NCBI GenBank assembly: GCA_963745835.1
Contig: CAVUZH010000008.1
Coordinates: 128,001-192,000, forward strand
Source: an uncultured delta proteobacterium
GTDB taxonomy: Bacteria; Desulfobacterota; Binatia; UBA9968
Reading direction: 5' to 3'
Length of the DNA: 64,000 nucleotides
In this document: piece after piece, positions 40,941 to 51,181 of the stretch
How the letters are laid out: each line of letters opens with the position of its first letter
Numbering within the stretch: position 1 is the first letter of the stretch
Program-made: the position numbers and the translations under genes
Notes under the pieces: generated by a model
The model's database searches: none
What the model saw: the letters and a program-made list of their open reading frames with translations, nothing else
What the model was told of the DNA's origin: nothing

Positions 40941-42282
40941 ATGTTCGAGTCATTGACCGAAAAATTAGAACTCACATTCAAAAGGCTCCGTGGCGAAGGA
41001 AAAATCAGCGAGAAAAACATCGATGACGCGCTCCGCGAGGTCCGCTTGGCGCTCTTGGAGGCCGATGTTCATGTAAAAGTGGTTAAGACTTTTCTCGATT
41101 CGGTCAAGGCGAAGTCACTGGGCCAAGAGGTTCTTCAAAGTTTAACTCCCGAGCAACAGTTCCTAAAAATCGTCCGTGATGAGCTAACCGACCTCCTGGG
41201 TGGCGAGCATCGTAAACTCGACCTCAAAGCGGCGCCTCCAGTTGTAATCATGCTCGTCGGCCTGCAAGGTTCCGGTAAGACCACGACGCTAGCCAAGCTG
41301 GCCAGGCATTTAAAAAGAGATCAGAAGAGAACTCCCTATCTGGTTCCAGCCGACGTATATCGCCCTGCCGCAATCGAACAGCTTAAGATTCTCGGCGCTG
41401 AAGTCGAGCTGCCAGTATATGAGTCGAATCCTCAGACCTCGCCGGTTGCCATCTGTAAACAAGCCCTCGATGAAGCGAAAAAGCGCTTCTGTGACTTGCT
41501 GCTCATTGATACGGCCGGCCGCCTACATATTGACGAAGAGCTCATGCAGGAGCTCAAACTGATCAAAAGCGCCGTTAACCCGCATCAGATTTTGTTCGTA
41601 GCCGATGCGATGACGGGTCAAGATGCAGTTAATCAAGCCATGGGCTTTGATCAGCAGCTTGGAATCAGCGGCGTTATCCTGACAAAACTTGACGGCGACG
41701 CGCGTGGCGGCGCCGCGTTATCGATTCGTCAGATGGTCGGTAAACCTATTCTGTTCGCCGGAATGGGCGAGAAACTCGATGCGCTCGAACCATTCTACCC
41801 CGACCGGCTTGCGTCAAGAATTCTCGGCATGGGCGACGTTCTCTCGCTTGATCGACAAAGTTCAGCAAAATTTCGAGCAGAAGGAGGCGGAGCGCCTCCA
41901 GAAAGTCATTCAGAAGCAACAGTTCACGCTCGAAGAGTTTCAGATTCAATTGCAGCAGATAAAAAAGATGGGATCCATGGGCAGCTTGCTTGAGTTAATA
42001 CCAGGCGGCAAGAAGCTAGCGTCGCAAGTGGATGCCGACAAAGCCGAGAAGGAATTGAAGCGGGTTGAGGCTATCATCAATTCGATGACTCTTCAGGAGC
42101 GGCGCAGTCCGGCAATTTTAAACGGCAGCCGACGGCGCAGAATCGCCCAAGGCAGCGGCACCAGCGTGGCCGATGTGAATCGCTTGATGAAGCAGTTTTT
42201 GGAAATGAAAAAAATGATGCAGCGGGTGAGCAAGGGCGGAATGAAATCGCTCTTTAGCCGAATGGCCAACCCGTTTCACTAG
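40941..42282 (+). CDS. ffh: signal recognition particle protein Ffh; frameshift near 41848, probably a sequencing error
   Basis: [41 protein letters not shown]; the M domain ([19 protein letters not shown]) is in the next frame. Confidence 0.95.
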
Positions 42283-42298
42283 AGGAGAAGGAAGACGT

Positions 42299-42544
42299 AT
42301 GAGTGTGAGAATTCGCTTGAGCAGGCATGGCGCGAAGAAGAAACCTTTTTACCGGATCGTTGTCAGCGACCAACGTTTTGCCCGTGACGGAAGATACATT
42401 GAGCAGATCGGCACCTATGATCCAACCGCGGGCGGAGGAACATTTAAGATCAATCAGGAAAAAGCCGAGACTTGGATCAAGCGCGGCGCGCAACCGACGC
42501 GGACCGTTTCCCAATTGATCGCGAAACAAAAGAAAGCCAGCTAG
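42299..42544 (+). CDS. rpsP: 30S ribosomal protein S16
   Basis: [33 protein letters not shown]. Confidence 0.97.
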   Translation: MSVRIRLSRHGAKKKPFYRIVVSDQRFARDGRYIEQIGTYDPTAGGGTFKINQEKAETWIKRGAQPTRTVSQLIAKQKKAS

Positions 42545-42566
42545 GATTCGGCAAGTAGCGTCAACT

Positions 42567-42803
42567 ATGAAGGAACTCGTTCAATACTTGGCCAGATCCC
42601 TGGTGAGTAATCCGGAGGCCGTCGAAGTAACAGAGAGCGCAGTAGAGGACGCGGCTGTTTATGAGTTAAGGGTTGCCAAAGACGATTTGGGCCGAATCAT
42701 CGGCAAGCAGGGCCGGACTGCAAAATCGATACGCACGCTCCTCAATGCAGCAGCTTCAAAGACCAACCGTAAAGTCGTTCTGGAAATCGTAGAAGAAAAG
42801 TAG
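42567..42803 (+). CDS. khpA: KH domain RNA-binding protein
   Basis: DLGRIIGKQGRTAKSIR; lies between rpsP and rimM. Confidence 0.92.
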   Translation: MKELVQYLARSLVSNPEAVEVTESAVEDAAVYELRVAKDDLGRIIGKQGRTAKSIRTLLNAAASKTNRKVVLEIVEEK

Positions 42804-42824
42804 ACAGTCTGTTAGGTTAACGGA

Positions 42825-43337
42825 GTGCCTGACGGAATCGTCGCATTAGGGGAAATCGCTACGACCCACGGAATTGGCGGGTGGCTTAAGCTAAATCCTT
42901 ATAATCTCGAGAGCCCTCTTCTTTCTGCCCTAAGCGAAGTCATCCTAGTAAAGGACGGAGCTCGCACAGCGGTTGAGGTGGAATTGGTCCGACCGCACAG
43001 GCGACAAATTTTGCTGAAACTGCGCGGGATCGATGATATTGAAAGCGCCCGCCCTTGGGTACGATCGACCCTCGCTGTGCCCGAAGAATCATTGGCGGCT
43101 CCGGCGCCTGGCGAATACTACCATTATCAAGTGATTGGCCTCGAGGTCTTCGACACCAGCGGCGCACGGATTGGTATCCTAAAACAAATCTGGTCAACTC
43201 CCGGTAGCGAGTTATACGTGGTCGCCGGAGCTGATAAAGAACATCTCATTCCGGCGGTGAAAGAAATCATTTCCGAAGTAGATTTGGCAGCTGGCCGGAT
43301 GATCGTCGATCCTCCTGCCGGTCTACTGGATCTCTAA
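42825..43337 (+). CDS. rimM: ribosome maturation factor RimM
   Basis: HGIGGWLK, EYYHYQVIGL, LIPAV, PPAGLLDL; synteny. Confidence 0.93.
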   Translation: MPDGIVALGEIATTHGIGGWLKLNPYNLESPLLSALSEVILVKDGARTAVEVELVRPHRRQILLKLRGIDDIESARPWVRSTLAVPEESLAAPAPGEYYHYQVIGLEVFDTSGARIGILKQIWSTPGSELYVVAGADKEHLIPAVKEIISEVDLAAGRMIVDPPAGLLDL

Positions 43338-43363
43338 GCAGACCCTCGTCTGCCCTCTTATTC

Positions 43364-44638
43364 ATGCTCAACTTCACTATCGTTACTCTTTTTCCGGCGA
43401 TGTTCGAATCGCCTTTGAACCACAGCATTCTGAAAAAAGCCCAGGGAAAAGGTCTGATTTCGATTGTTTTGGTCAATCCGCGAGACTACACGACTGACCG
43501 CCATCGCATCACCGATGATTATCCATACGGCGGCGGTCAAGGCATGGTGATGAAACCGGAGCCGTTGGTGGCAGCCATTGAGGACGTTAAGATTAGAATG
43601 CCGCGAGCCAAGGTCATTCTTCTATCGCCCCAGGGTCGTGTCTTTAATCAAGCCTCGGCCGCTGAGCTGGCCAACGAAGAAGAGCTGGTGCTGATTTGCG
43701 GGCGCTATGAGGGAGTCGATGAGCGGGTCAAAGATTTTATCGACGACGAAATTTCGATTGGCGACTACACCATTAGCGGCGGCGAGCCCGCGGCTATAGT
43801 TGTCATCGATGCGGTATCACGCTTGGTCCCTGGTGTGTTGGGCAACGCCAAGTCTGCCGGCGATGAGTCTTTCAGCAATGGGCTGCTCGAATATCCTCAA
43901 TATACCCGGCCAGAAGAATTTCGCGGCGCGAAGGTGCCAGAAGCGCTACTGTCAGGTGATCATGAAATGATTCGGCAATGGCGGCGTCAAATGAGCGTTC
44001 AGCAAACCCAAAAGCGGCGACCGGATTTAGTTGGCAGAGTTGATTTATCGCCTGAAGAAAAGGAGCTGATTTGCAATCAACGAGCGCCTGTCTACGTCGC
44101 CCTGCTTCATTACCCGGTCTACGATAAGAACCGGCAGATTGTCACTACAGCGGTTACCAACATGGACATCCATGATATTGCTCGTTCGGGAAAAACATAC
44201 GGCATCAAAGGTTTTTTTGTGGTGATCCCGGTTAAAGCGCTGCAAAGGCTCGCGTTAAAGATCATTGATCATTGGGAGCGCGGCTACGGCAGTCAGTACA
44301 ACGCGACCCGAAAAGAGGCGCTGGCGCTGGCCCGAGTTAAAGACACGCTCGATGACGTCTTGATCGACTTGGAGCAGGAATACGGCGTAAAGCCGCGAAT
44401 TGTCGTGACGTCCGCAAGGCCTGGTGGTCGGCGGACCTCTTTCGCCCAGCTCCAAGACATGTTAATAAATACCACTCACCCTTTCCTGATCATCTTGGGC
44501 ACGGGCTGGGGACTCACTGAGACAATAATCTCTCAATCAGATTACGTTTTAGAGGCGCTCGAAGGATGGACCGATTACAACCATCTCTCGGTTCGATCGG
44601 CAGCGGCGATTATTCTGGATCGTCTTCTGGGACGTTAG
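43364..44638 (+). CDS. trmD: tRNA m1G37 methyltransferase TrmD fused to a C-terminal SPOUT-type RNA methyltransferase domain
   Basis: [35 protein letters not shown]; then in frame VALLHYPV...[14 protein letters not shown]...GTGWGL...[17 protein letters not shown]. Confidence 0.93.
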   Translation: MLNFTIVTLFPAMFESPLNHSILKKAQGKGLISIVLVNPRDYTTDRHRITDDYPYGGGQGMVMKPEPLVAAIEDVKIRMPRAKVILLSPQGRVFNQASAAELANEEELVLICGRYEGVDERVKDFIDDEISIGDYTISGGEPAAIVVIDAVSRLVPGVLGNAKSAGDESFSNGLLEYPQYTRPEEFRGAKVPEALLSGDHEMIRQWRRQMSVQQTQKRRPDLVGRVDLSPEEKELICNQRAPVYVALLHYPVYDKNRQIVTTAVTNMDIHDIARSGKTYGIKGFFVVIPVKALQRLALKIIDHWERGYGSQYNATRKEALALARVKDTLDDVLIDLEQEYGVKPRIVVTSARPGGRRTSFAQLQDMLINTTHPFLIILGTGWGLTETIISQSDYVLEALEGWTDYNHLSVRSAAAIILDRLLGR

Positions 44639-44660
44639 CTTTATAGAAACAGGAGTAGTC

Positions 44661-45017
44661 ATGAATATTCTAGATAAACTCGAAACCCAGCAATCCAAGC
44701 AGGAAATTCCGGCGCTCCGAGCCGGAGAAACGGTGCGGGTGCATGTTAAAGTTGTCGAAGGTGAAAAGGAACGAACTCAGGTCTTTGAGGGAATTGTCAT
44801 TGGCATCGGCGGGAAAGGCAATCGCGCAAATTTCGTCGTTCGCAAAATATCTTATGGAGTGGGCGTGGAACGTATCTTCCCTTTCCATTCTCCACGGATC
44901 GATAAAGTCGAAGTGGTGTCGCGCGGCAGAGTGCGGCGCGCAAAGCTTTATTATTTGCGGGAAAGATCAGGAAAGGCTGCTCGGCTTTTTTCCGATGAAC
45001 GATCCGGCAGCCGATAA
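44661..45017 (+). CDS. rplS: 50S ribosomal protein L19
   Basis: [38 protein letters not shown]. Confidence 0.98.
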   Translation: MNILDKLETQQSKQEIPALRAGETVRVHVKVVEGEKERTQVFEGIVIGIGGKGNRANFVVRKISYGVGVERIFPFHSPRIDKVEVVSRGRVRRAKLYYLRERSGKAARLFSDERSGSR

Positions 45018-45025
45018 ACGCTGCT

Positions 45026-45394
45026 TTATGCCTCGCCGGTTATTTTCCCTTGACCATCAAAGGTCGCGCCGGGGTGAACTCTAAGCTCCGCGGCTTGAGC
45101 GTCGCCCTTGAAATGTCCTCCCGGCATTATTTCAAAGCAACCGACCACCTGAACACTGCCGATCAACATCCCCTCTAATTGGAGATTGCGCGCGGCGACC
45201 CGCGCTTCCACGTGCGCGTTGGCGCCGACCACCAAGAGATCACTAGCCTTGACCTCGCCAGTGAATTTGCTGTCGATTTTAACCGGCAAATCATAGCTCA
45301 GTCGCCCGGAAATCGCTGAGTCTGGAAATAAAACTGTGCGCACGGTTCCTTGAACAAGAGGAGGTGTACCTTCGGTGACTGACTTTTCCGCCAT
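45026..45394 (-). CDS. bactofilin / polymer-forming cytoskeletal protein
   Basis: Repetitive beta-helix pattern: ISGRLSY, IDSKFTGEV, LVVGANAHVEA, GATFDG. Confidence 0.8.
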   Translation of the reverse strand: MAEKSVTEGTPPLVQGTVRTVLFPDSAISGRLSYDLPVKIDSKFTGEVKASDLLVVGANAHVEARVAARNLQLEGMLIGSVQVVGCFEIMPGGHFKGDAQAAELRVHPGATFDGQGKITGEA

Positions 45395-45679
45395 GGCTGC
45401 AATCCTGAAATGGCGCTTAGGATAGCATCCCTTGCCTAGGACCGAAAGTGAAACCGAAATTTCGCTAGCGGGATTCCATCAAGACAGGATCGTCTGAAAA
45501 AAGCCACGGCCGCATCGTGATCGCTAGGTCAGGGAAATTTCCGCTGCGCGAATCTAGCACTGGCCGTCGCAGGCTATCAGCGCGCACGCTTGATCTCGTG
45601 AGCTTACGCTCGAACGCTTCTGTTAATGCTGAATTGCGCCGGCTACAACGGCGCCAGGCAATTGTGCTAGCATATCAGT

Positions 45680-47008
45680 ATGGATTTGTTTGAATCCGAC
45701 CAGTCGAAGAAGCAATCGGCTCGCGCGCCGCTCGCGGAACGGATGCGCCCGCGAAACCTGGATGAATTCGTCGGACAAAAGCATCTCCTCGGACCGGGGC
45801 GAATTCTAACCGAGATGGCTGATAGCGGCCAGCTCAGGTCCTTAGTTCTTTGGGGTCCGCCGGGCAGCGGCAAAACAACTTTGGCGCAAATTCTTGCCAG
45901 CAAGACAGGTGCGCGATGCGTCCATTTCTCGGCCGTCTCCTCAAGCGTCAAGGACCTGAAGAAAATTATAGACGAGGCCGAACGGCTCCGTCGTGCGGGC
46001 AAGAATACGGTCCTCTTCGTCGACGAGATTCATCATTTTAACAAGTCACAACAAGACAATTTTCTGCCTTACGTCGAACGCGGCACGCTTGTTTTGATCG
46101 GCGCCACCACCGAGAACCCATCCTTCGAGGTCATCTCTCCCCTGCTTTCTCGGACTCAGGTTTTGGTGCTAAAAACCTTATCGACTGAGGAGATCGGTGC
46201 GATTGTCGATCGTGCCTTGCAAGATAGTGAGCGGGGGCTGGGGAACATGCATTTAAACATTTCGCCGGAAGGTCGGGACTTCTTGATCGAGCATTCCCAA
46301 GGCGATTGCCGCGTCGCCCTGAATGCCTTGGAAACCGCCGCGGCTCTGGCGCATAGCGCCAAGGTCACTGAAATCAGCCTGACACACGTGCAAGAGGCGC
46401 TGCAGTTAAGGCCGCTTCGGTATGACAAGACCGGCGAAGAGCATTACAACGTTATCTCGGCATTTATCAAAAGCCTGCGCGGCAGCGACCCTGATGCCGC
46501 TTTATATTGGATGATGCGCATGATCGAAGCGGGCGAGGATCCTTTGTTCATTGCGCGTCGGATGGTCATCTTCGCCGCCGAAGATATCGGCAATGCGGAT
46601 CCCGACGCATTGCAAGTTGCAGTGGCGGCCAAGGATGCGTTTCATTTCATCGGCCTGCCGGAAGGTAGGATACCACTTGCCCAGGCCGCGACGTATCTCG
46701 CCACCGCGCCGAAATCCAATGCCTCATATTTAGCAATGCTGGCAGCAACACAGGATGTTGAGCAATGCGGCGCTCTGCCTGTTCCTCTCCATCTTCGCAA
46801 TGCGCCGACTGGCCTGATGAAAAAACTTGGATACGGCAAGGATTACCAGTACGCCCACAACTTTCCCGATCACGTGGTCAAGCAACAGCATCTACCGGAG
46901 GAACTGAAAACACGAAAATATTATGTACCGTCAGATTCCGGGTACGAGAAGCAGATCAAAGAGCGACTCGAGCTCTGGCAAAGGAAAAAGCACACCTCGA
47001 AAAGCTAA
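45680..47008 (+). CDS. rarA: replication-associated recombination protein A
   Basis: PLAERMRP, WGPPGSGKTT, FVDEIHHFNKSQQD, GATTENPSF, ISAFIKSLRGSDPDAA, VPLHLRNAPT. Confidence 0.96.
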   Translation: MDLFESDQSKKQSARAPLAERMRPRNLDEFVGQKHLLGPGRILTEMADSGQLRSLVLWGPPGSGKTTLAQILASKTGARCVHFSAVSSSVKDLKKIIDEAERLRRAGKNTVLFVDEIHHFNKSQQDNFLPYVERGTLVLIGATTENPSFEVISPLLSRTQVLVLKTLSTEEIGAIVDRALQDSERGLGNMHLNISPEGRDFLIEHSQGDCRVALNALETAAALAHSAKVTEISLTHVQEALQLRPLRYDKTGEEHYNVISAFIKSLRGSDPDAALYWMMRMIEAGEDPLFIARRMVIFAAEDIGNADPDALQVAVAAKDAFHFIGLPEGRIPLAQAATYLATAPKSNASYLAMLAATQDVEQCGALPVPLHLRNAPTGLMKKLGYGKDYQYAHNFPDHVVKQQHLPEELKTRKYYVPSDSGYEKQIKERLELWQRKKHTSKS

Positions 47009-47237
47009 CCACGTGAAGTGATCAATCGGTCTGTAGCCGTCAATCATTGAATCTGCAGCACGACTCGCCCTGAAGTTATCCACATCGGGTGATGGCTTTG
47101 GGGCACACGACAGAGTTTCTGGGAACAAGCGATAACAACGTATTTGGCACACCCCGCACCAATTCGCTTTGCAGGCATCCTTTTTCAGAAGTCCAACATC
47201 TAAACCAGCAAAAGTTATAGTCAAAGAAGGAGCACAC

Positions 47238-47462
47238 ATGAAAGCAACAAAATCCATCAGTGCCATTTATGCTGGTTTAGCAATGATATTGGGAGTGTTT
47301 ATTGCGGGAGAGCTTTTCGGCGCCGACACAGTTCGCAGGAGCAATCCTTTCGCAAGCCCGAGTGTCGACGCAGTAATTCGTTCCAAAAACAGCAATCAAA
47401 TTGTGCTCACCCCGTCCGATGATTTCAAGGCGCGCGACGCTCGCATTCGAACTGGCCCGTGA
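47238..47462 (+). CDS. small hypothetical exported protein
   Basis: AAGGAG RBS, then MKATKSISAIYAGLAMILGVFIAG signal/TM-like start; no recognisable domain. Confidence 0.45.
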   Translation: MKATKSISAIYAGLAMILGVFIAGELFGADTVRRSNPFASPSVDAVIRSKNSNQIVLTPSDDFKARDARIRTGP

Positions 47463-48089
47463 TCGCTGCACAGGAAACGTCGTATGCTCCAGAAGCTATA
47501 GGGTGAGAAAATCAATAGGAAGATCGTTTTTGCCCTACATCACATGTCACGAGCTGCAGATGTGGCGCCTTCGGAGAGTTCTATTAGGGCCGAATTTCAA
47601 TAGCCCGATTATGTGGCAATGCAGCGCCTGCCCTATGCATTTAGAAATTTCAGGCCTTCGTCCAGGAGCCGGGCGCGCGACATAATCTCGCGAGGACGAA
47701 GGAAAGGCGATATCGAGGCGCGGCGCGCACCCTGCACCCAGAACTGCAGTACTGTGTCGACGGATGAACCGCGTGCCTCGAAGTAAAATTACAGAAGTGA
47801 AAGAGTTCAGTTTCCTTTGTTCTGCGTGGCCGAGGCAAATCTATTTTTCGAACAATTCAGCTACTGGAGCTTGCAAATCCCACCAGCCATCGCGACGCAA
47901 TAACCTAGGCGTCACGGCGTTGGCACGCTCCTTAAGATTATCGACGTGTCAATACGCTCCGAATACTTGCGTCATTGAACGCTAAATAGGACGGAGATTC
48001 TCTTCTTGCGGCATTCCATTGCTTTATAGTATGACCTCCCTATTCTGATAAAGAATTCACGATAGTCTCGCATTCTAATCGAGGCGCCA

Positions 48090-49334
48090 ATGCAACCTGT
48101 TCAATTATTCTGCTGGCATTTCATGGCATATCCATATCTGGCCGAAAATTTTGACCAGATTCACGATACCGGCTGGGTCACGGTCCCCAACAGCCTCTGG
48201 GACAACAAAAAAGCTCGCGGACTATACCAGGAGTATATCGACCAGCTGGCTTATGCGGACGAACTCGGTTTTGACGGTATGGTGCTCAACGAGCACCATC
48301 AAAATATTTACGGCCTGATGCCTTCGCCTAACATCATCGCCGCTGCCCTCACCCAAAGATCCACCCGCGGCAAGATCGTCGTGCTCGGCAATCTACTGCC
48401 GCTGCACATGAATCCGCTTCGAGTCGCCGAGGAATACGCCATGCTCGATCAGATGAGCAACGGCCGGCTGATTGCAGGGTTCGCCCCGGGCGGTGGCCCC
48501 GAAACTTTTAACTACGACATACCGTCGGCCAATACCCGGGAGAAATTCTGGGAAGCGGCGGACCTGATCGTGCGTTCTTGGACCGAAGACGGTCCGTTTG
48601 CCCACGAGGGACGGTACTTTCCACTTCGCTATGTAAACCCCTGGCCTAAACCGCTGCAAACACCCTTTCCTCCGATATGGATACCGGGCTCGCGCAGCCC
48701 GTCGACTATGACCGAGGTGGCAAAACGCGGCTACTGTTACTTCCTTTCATCGCGCAGCCACGGCGGCGAAACCCATCGCGCCCAGCAAGAGTTTGCCGCC
48801 GTGTTGGAAAGACATGGAGATCGGTATCAGCCATTCCGCTTCGGCATACTGATGTCCGCGTACGTGGCGGAAAGCGATCGGCAAGCACGAGAGGAATGTG
48901 AAGAAGGCGTTTGGTATTTCTTGAAGAACTGTTTGAAGGGTCACTTGCGCCGGGAAGGACGACAGCTCACTTTTGGCCCGGGTGTTCCCTATATCCCGGC
49001 GCCAGCCTGGAAAGAGTATCTCAAAGATTACAAGCCGGGTCGCAAGCTTTTGGGTGACGTAGAAAATTGGGACGAGCTTGAAGCTTCACAATCGATCATC
49101 GTCGGCAGTCCCGAGACCGTATATCACCGTATCTGGAACCTCATCGAACGAGCCAAGGTGGGAAACCTGTTGATCCAATTTCACATCGGCAACATGTCCA
49201 AGGAGCTCGCGCTAAAGAGCATGACTTTGTTCGCGGAACAAGTCGCGCCGCGCCTGCGCGAGCATTCATTGCCCTTCTTCGAACGGGAATATCCGGGCGT
49301 TAACATCGAACAGCCAAAGGAAGCGCGCTTGTGA
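48090..49334 (+). CDS. LLM-class flavin-dependent oxidoreductase
   Basis: ADELGFD, NEHH, PLRVAEEYAMLDQMSNGRL, PKPLQ.P.PPIW, IVGSPETV. Confidence 0.93.
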   Translation: MQPVQLFCWHFMAYPYLAENFDQIHDTGWVTVPNSLWDNKKARGLYQEYIDQLAYADELGFDGMVLNEHHQNIYGLMPSPNIIAAALTQRSTRGKIVVLGNLLPLHMNPLRVAEEYAMLDQMSNGRLIAGFAPGGGPETFNYDIPSANTREKFWEAADLIVRSWTEDGPFAHEGRYFPLRYVNPWPKPLQTPFPPIWIPGSRSPSTMTEVAKRGYCYFLSSRSHGGETHRAQQEFAAVLERHGDRYQPFRFGILMSAYVAESDRQAREECEEGVWYFLKNCLKGHLRREGRQLTFGPGVPYIPAPAWKEYLKDYKPGRKLLGDVENWDELEASQSIIVGSPETVYHRIWNLIERAKVGNLLIQFHIGNMSKELALKSMTLFAEQVAPRLREHSLPFFEREYPGVNIEQPKEARL

Positions 49335-50146
49335 GCGGCCGATTTCTGGATCTCAAACAAGGCAAGGTTTGGCTCCTGGAGAACGGCCGTGGGGCTCCGC
49401 TGCTCTACCTGCACGGTTTCGTCGATGTCCACTCCGTTAAAGAAAGCTGGATGCCTTTCCACGACCGCCTCGCTGCAAGGGCTCGGGTCATTGCTCCGGC
49501 GCATCCCGGATGCTCTCAAAGCAACGAGAACAAGGACATCGAAGCCATAGAAGATGTCGTCTTTCACTATCTCGAGTTTTTGGACGCATTGAATATACCC
49601 AAATTTTACTTGGTCGGCAGCTGCGTCGGCGGCTGGATTGCCGCAGAACTTGCCGCGCGCCAACCGGAAAAGATTCGCAAGATGGTTTTGATCGGCGCCG
49701 TAGGACTGTTCGTTCCCGGGGCGTTAATCGGCGATGTCTTCATGATGGCTCAGCCGGAGCGCGGCTCCAGTTACGCAGGACTGCGCCAGATGCTTTTCTC
49801 GCGTCAAGATCATCCAAAAGCGTTGGAGCTTTTCCCCGATGGCATGGGTGAAATTGAAGACGAGCTGCGCCGCTATCAGATGCTGCGCTTCGGCTCGCGT
49901 ATCGGCTTCAAACCGCCCTACTTCTATAACCGGCCGTTGCGCAACCGCCTCCATCGGATCACCGTGCCGGCCCTGGTGATCTGGGGAGAAGACGACCGCA
50001 TGGTGCCGTTGTCGCACGGCGAGACTTACGCCAAGTCAATGCCGCAAGCACAGCCGCTCAAAGTAATTCCCAACACGGGCCACAGCGTGCACGTCGAACA
50101 GCCCGAGCTGATGGCACAAATCGTTTCAGATTTTTTGGCAAGCTAA
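49331..50146 (+). CDS. alpha/beta fold hydrolase
   Basis: LLYLHG, LVGSCVGGWIAAE, PALVIWGEDD, GHSVHVEQP. Confidence 0.88.
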   Translation: MSGRFLDLKQGKVWLLENGRGAPLLYLHGFVDVHSVKESWMPFHDRLAARARVIAPAHPGCSQSNENKDIEAIEDVVFHYLEFLDALNIPKFYLVGSCVGGWIAAELAARQPEKIRKMVLIGAVGLFVPGALIGDVFMMAQPERGSSYAGLRQMLFSRQDHPKALELFPDGMGEIEDELRRYQMLRFGSRIGFKPPYFYNRPLRNRLHRITVPALVIWGEDDRMVPLSHGETYAKSMPQAQPLKVIPNTGHSVHVEQPELMAQIVSDFLAS

Positions 50147-50413
50147 TCATCAGTTTTTCCTCGCGATGTTCATTGCACTCGAAACAAGCCAGTGTGGGAT
50201 TGGAGTCGAAGAGGGTTTCACGAACGAGATTACAGCAGCGCAACGGCCAACAAGAGCGAGGAAGAAATCTTCAAAGCAGAGCACGCAGAGGCGAGCATTG
50301 TCATTTCGAACGGAGAGAGAAATCTTTATTAGATCGTCGCATCCGCTGACGGCTAAAGAGAAGCCCAACGTAACTTAAAACGAACCGCAGCCACAGGTTG
50401 TATTCGGAGGTTT

Positions 50414-51142
50414 ATGAAAAATAATGTCGTTCTCATTACCGGCGGGGCCAAAGGCATAGGGCGGCACGCGGCACTAACGTTAGCCCAAGCAGGCGCCAAG
50501 CTGGCGCTGGCCGACACCGATGTCCAACGCTTGCACAAGACGATCGCCGAAATCAAGAGTCGCGGCGGTGACGCATTTGCCATTCCCACTGACGTGCGCG
50601 ATGAAAAAGACGTGCGGCATATGGCGTATGAAGTTTTCGACCGGTTCGGCCGCATCGACGCATTGATCAACGACGCCGGCATCGTGCCGCATTTCAACTG
50701 GGGCATTCCGCGCTGGCCGCGCGCCCGCTTCATGAGCAAGGATTTTTGGGACAGCGTCATCGAAACCAATTTGGGCGGCACCTTTCTTTGTACCAAGTAC
50801 GTTGTCCCCTTTATGGAGGAGTGCCGTTCCGGCAATATCGTCAATCTTTGGGGCGGCGGCAGAGCCGAAAACCACGGCGCCGCCCCCTACGTCGTCAGCA
50901 AAGACGCCATCCGCACATTTACACGCTTTATCGCCGAAGAAGAGCGCGAGTGGAACGTCTGCGTGGTTGCCTTCAGCCCCAAACAAGCCATCGCCACCGA
51001 GGATGCTCCCGAAGAAGCGCGCAAGCGTTTACCGGGTCCCGAGGTTTTGGGAAACGGCTTTGTGCTGGCCGCACAAGCCGGAATGGAACTCACCGGCAAA
51101 ACGGTGGAACATCAGAATGGGAAATTAGTGGTAGTGGACTAA
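50414..51142 (+). CDS. SDR family oxidoreductase
   Basis: ITGGAKGIG, INDAG, YVVSK. Confidence 0.88.
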   Translation: MKNNVVLITGGAKGIGRHAALTLAQAGAKLALADTDVQRLHKTIAEIKSRGGDAFAIPTDVRDEKDVRHMAYEVFDRFGRIDALINDAGIVPHFNWGIPRWPRARFMSKDFWDSVIETNLGGTFLCTKYVVPFMEECRSGNIVNLWGGGRAENHGAAPYVVSKDAIRTFTRFIAEEEREWNVCVVAFSPKQAIATEDAPEEARKRLPGPEVLGNGFVLAAQAGMELTGKTVEHQNGKLVVVD

Positions 51143-51181
51143 GTCGGATTAAAAACAAAAGACAGAACGCTGGAGCGGAAC

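Noticed and set aside
47921-47936. Sigma54 promoter TGGCACG upstream of the LLM gene
   Set aside because: The -12 element reads TTAA instead of TTGC
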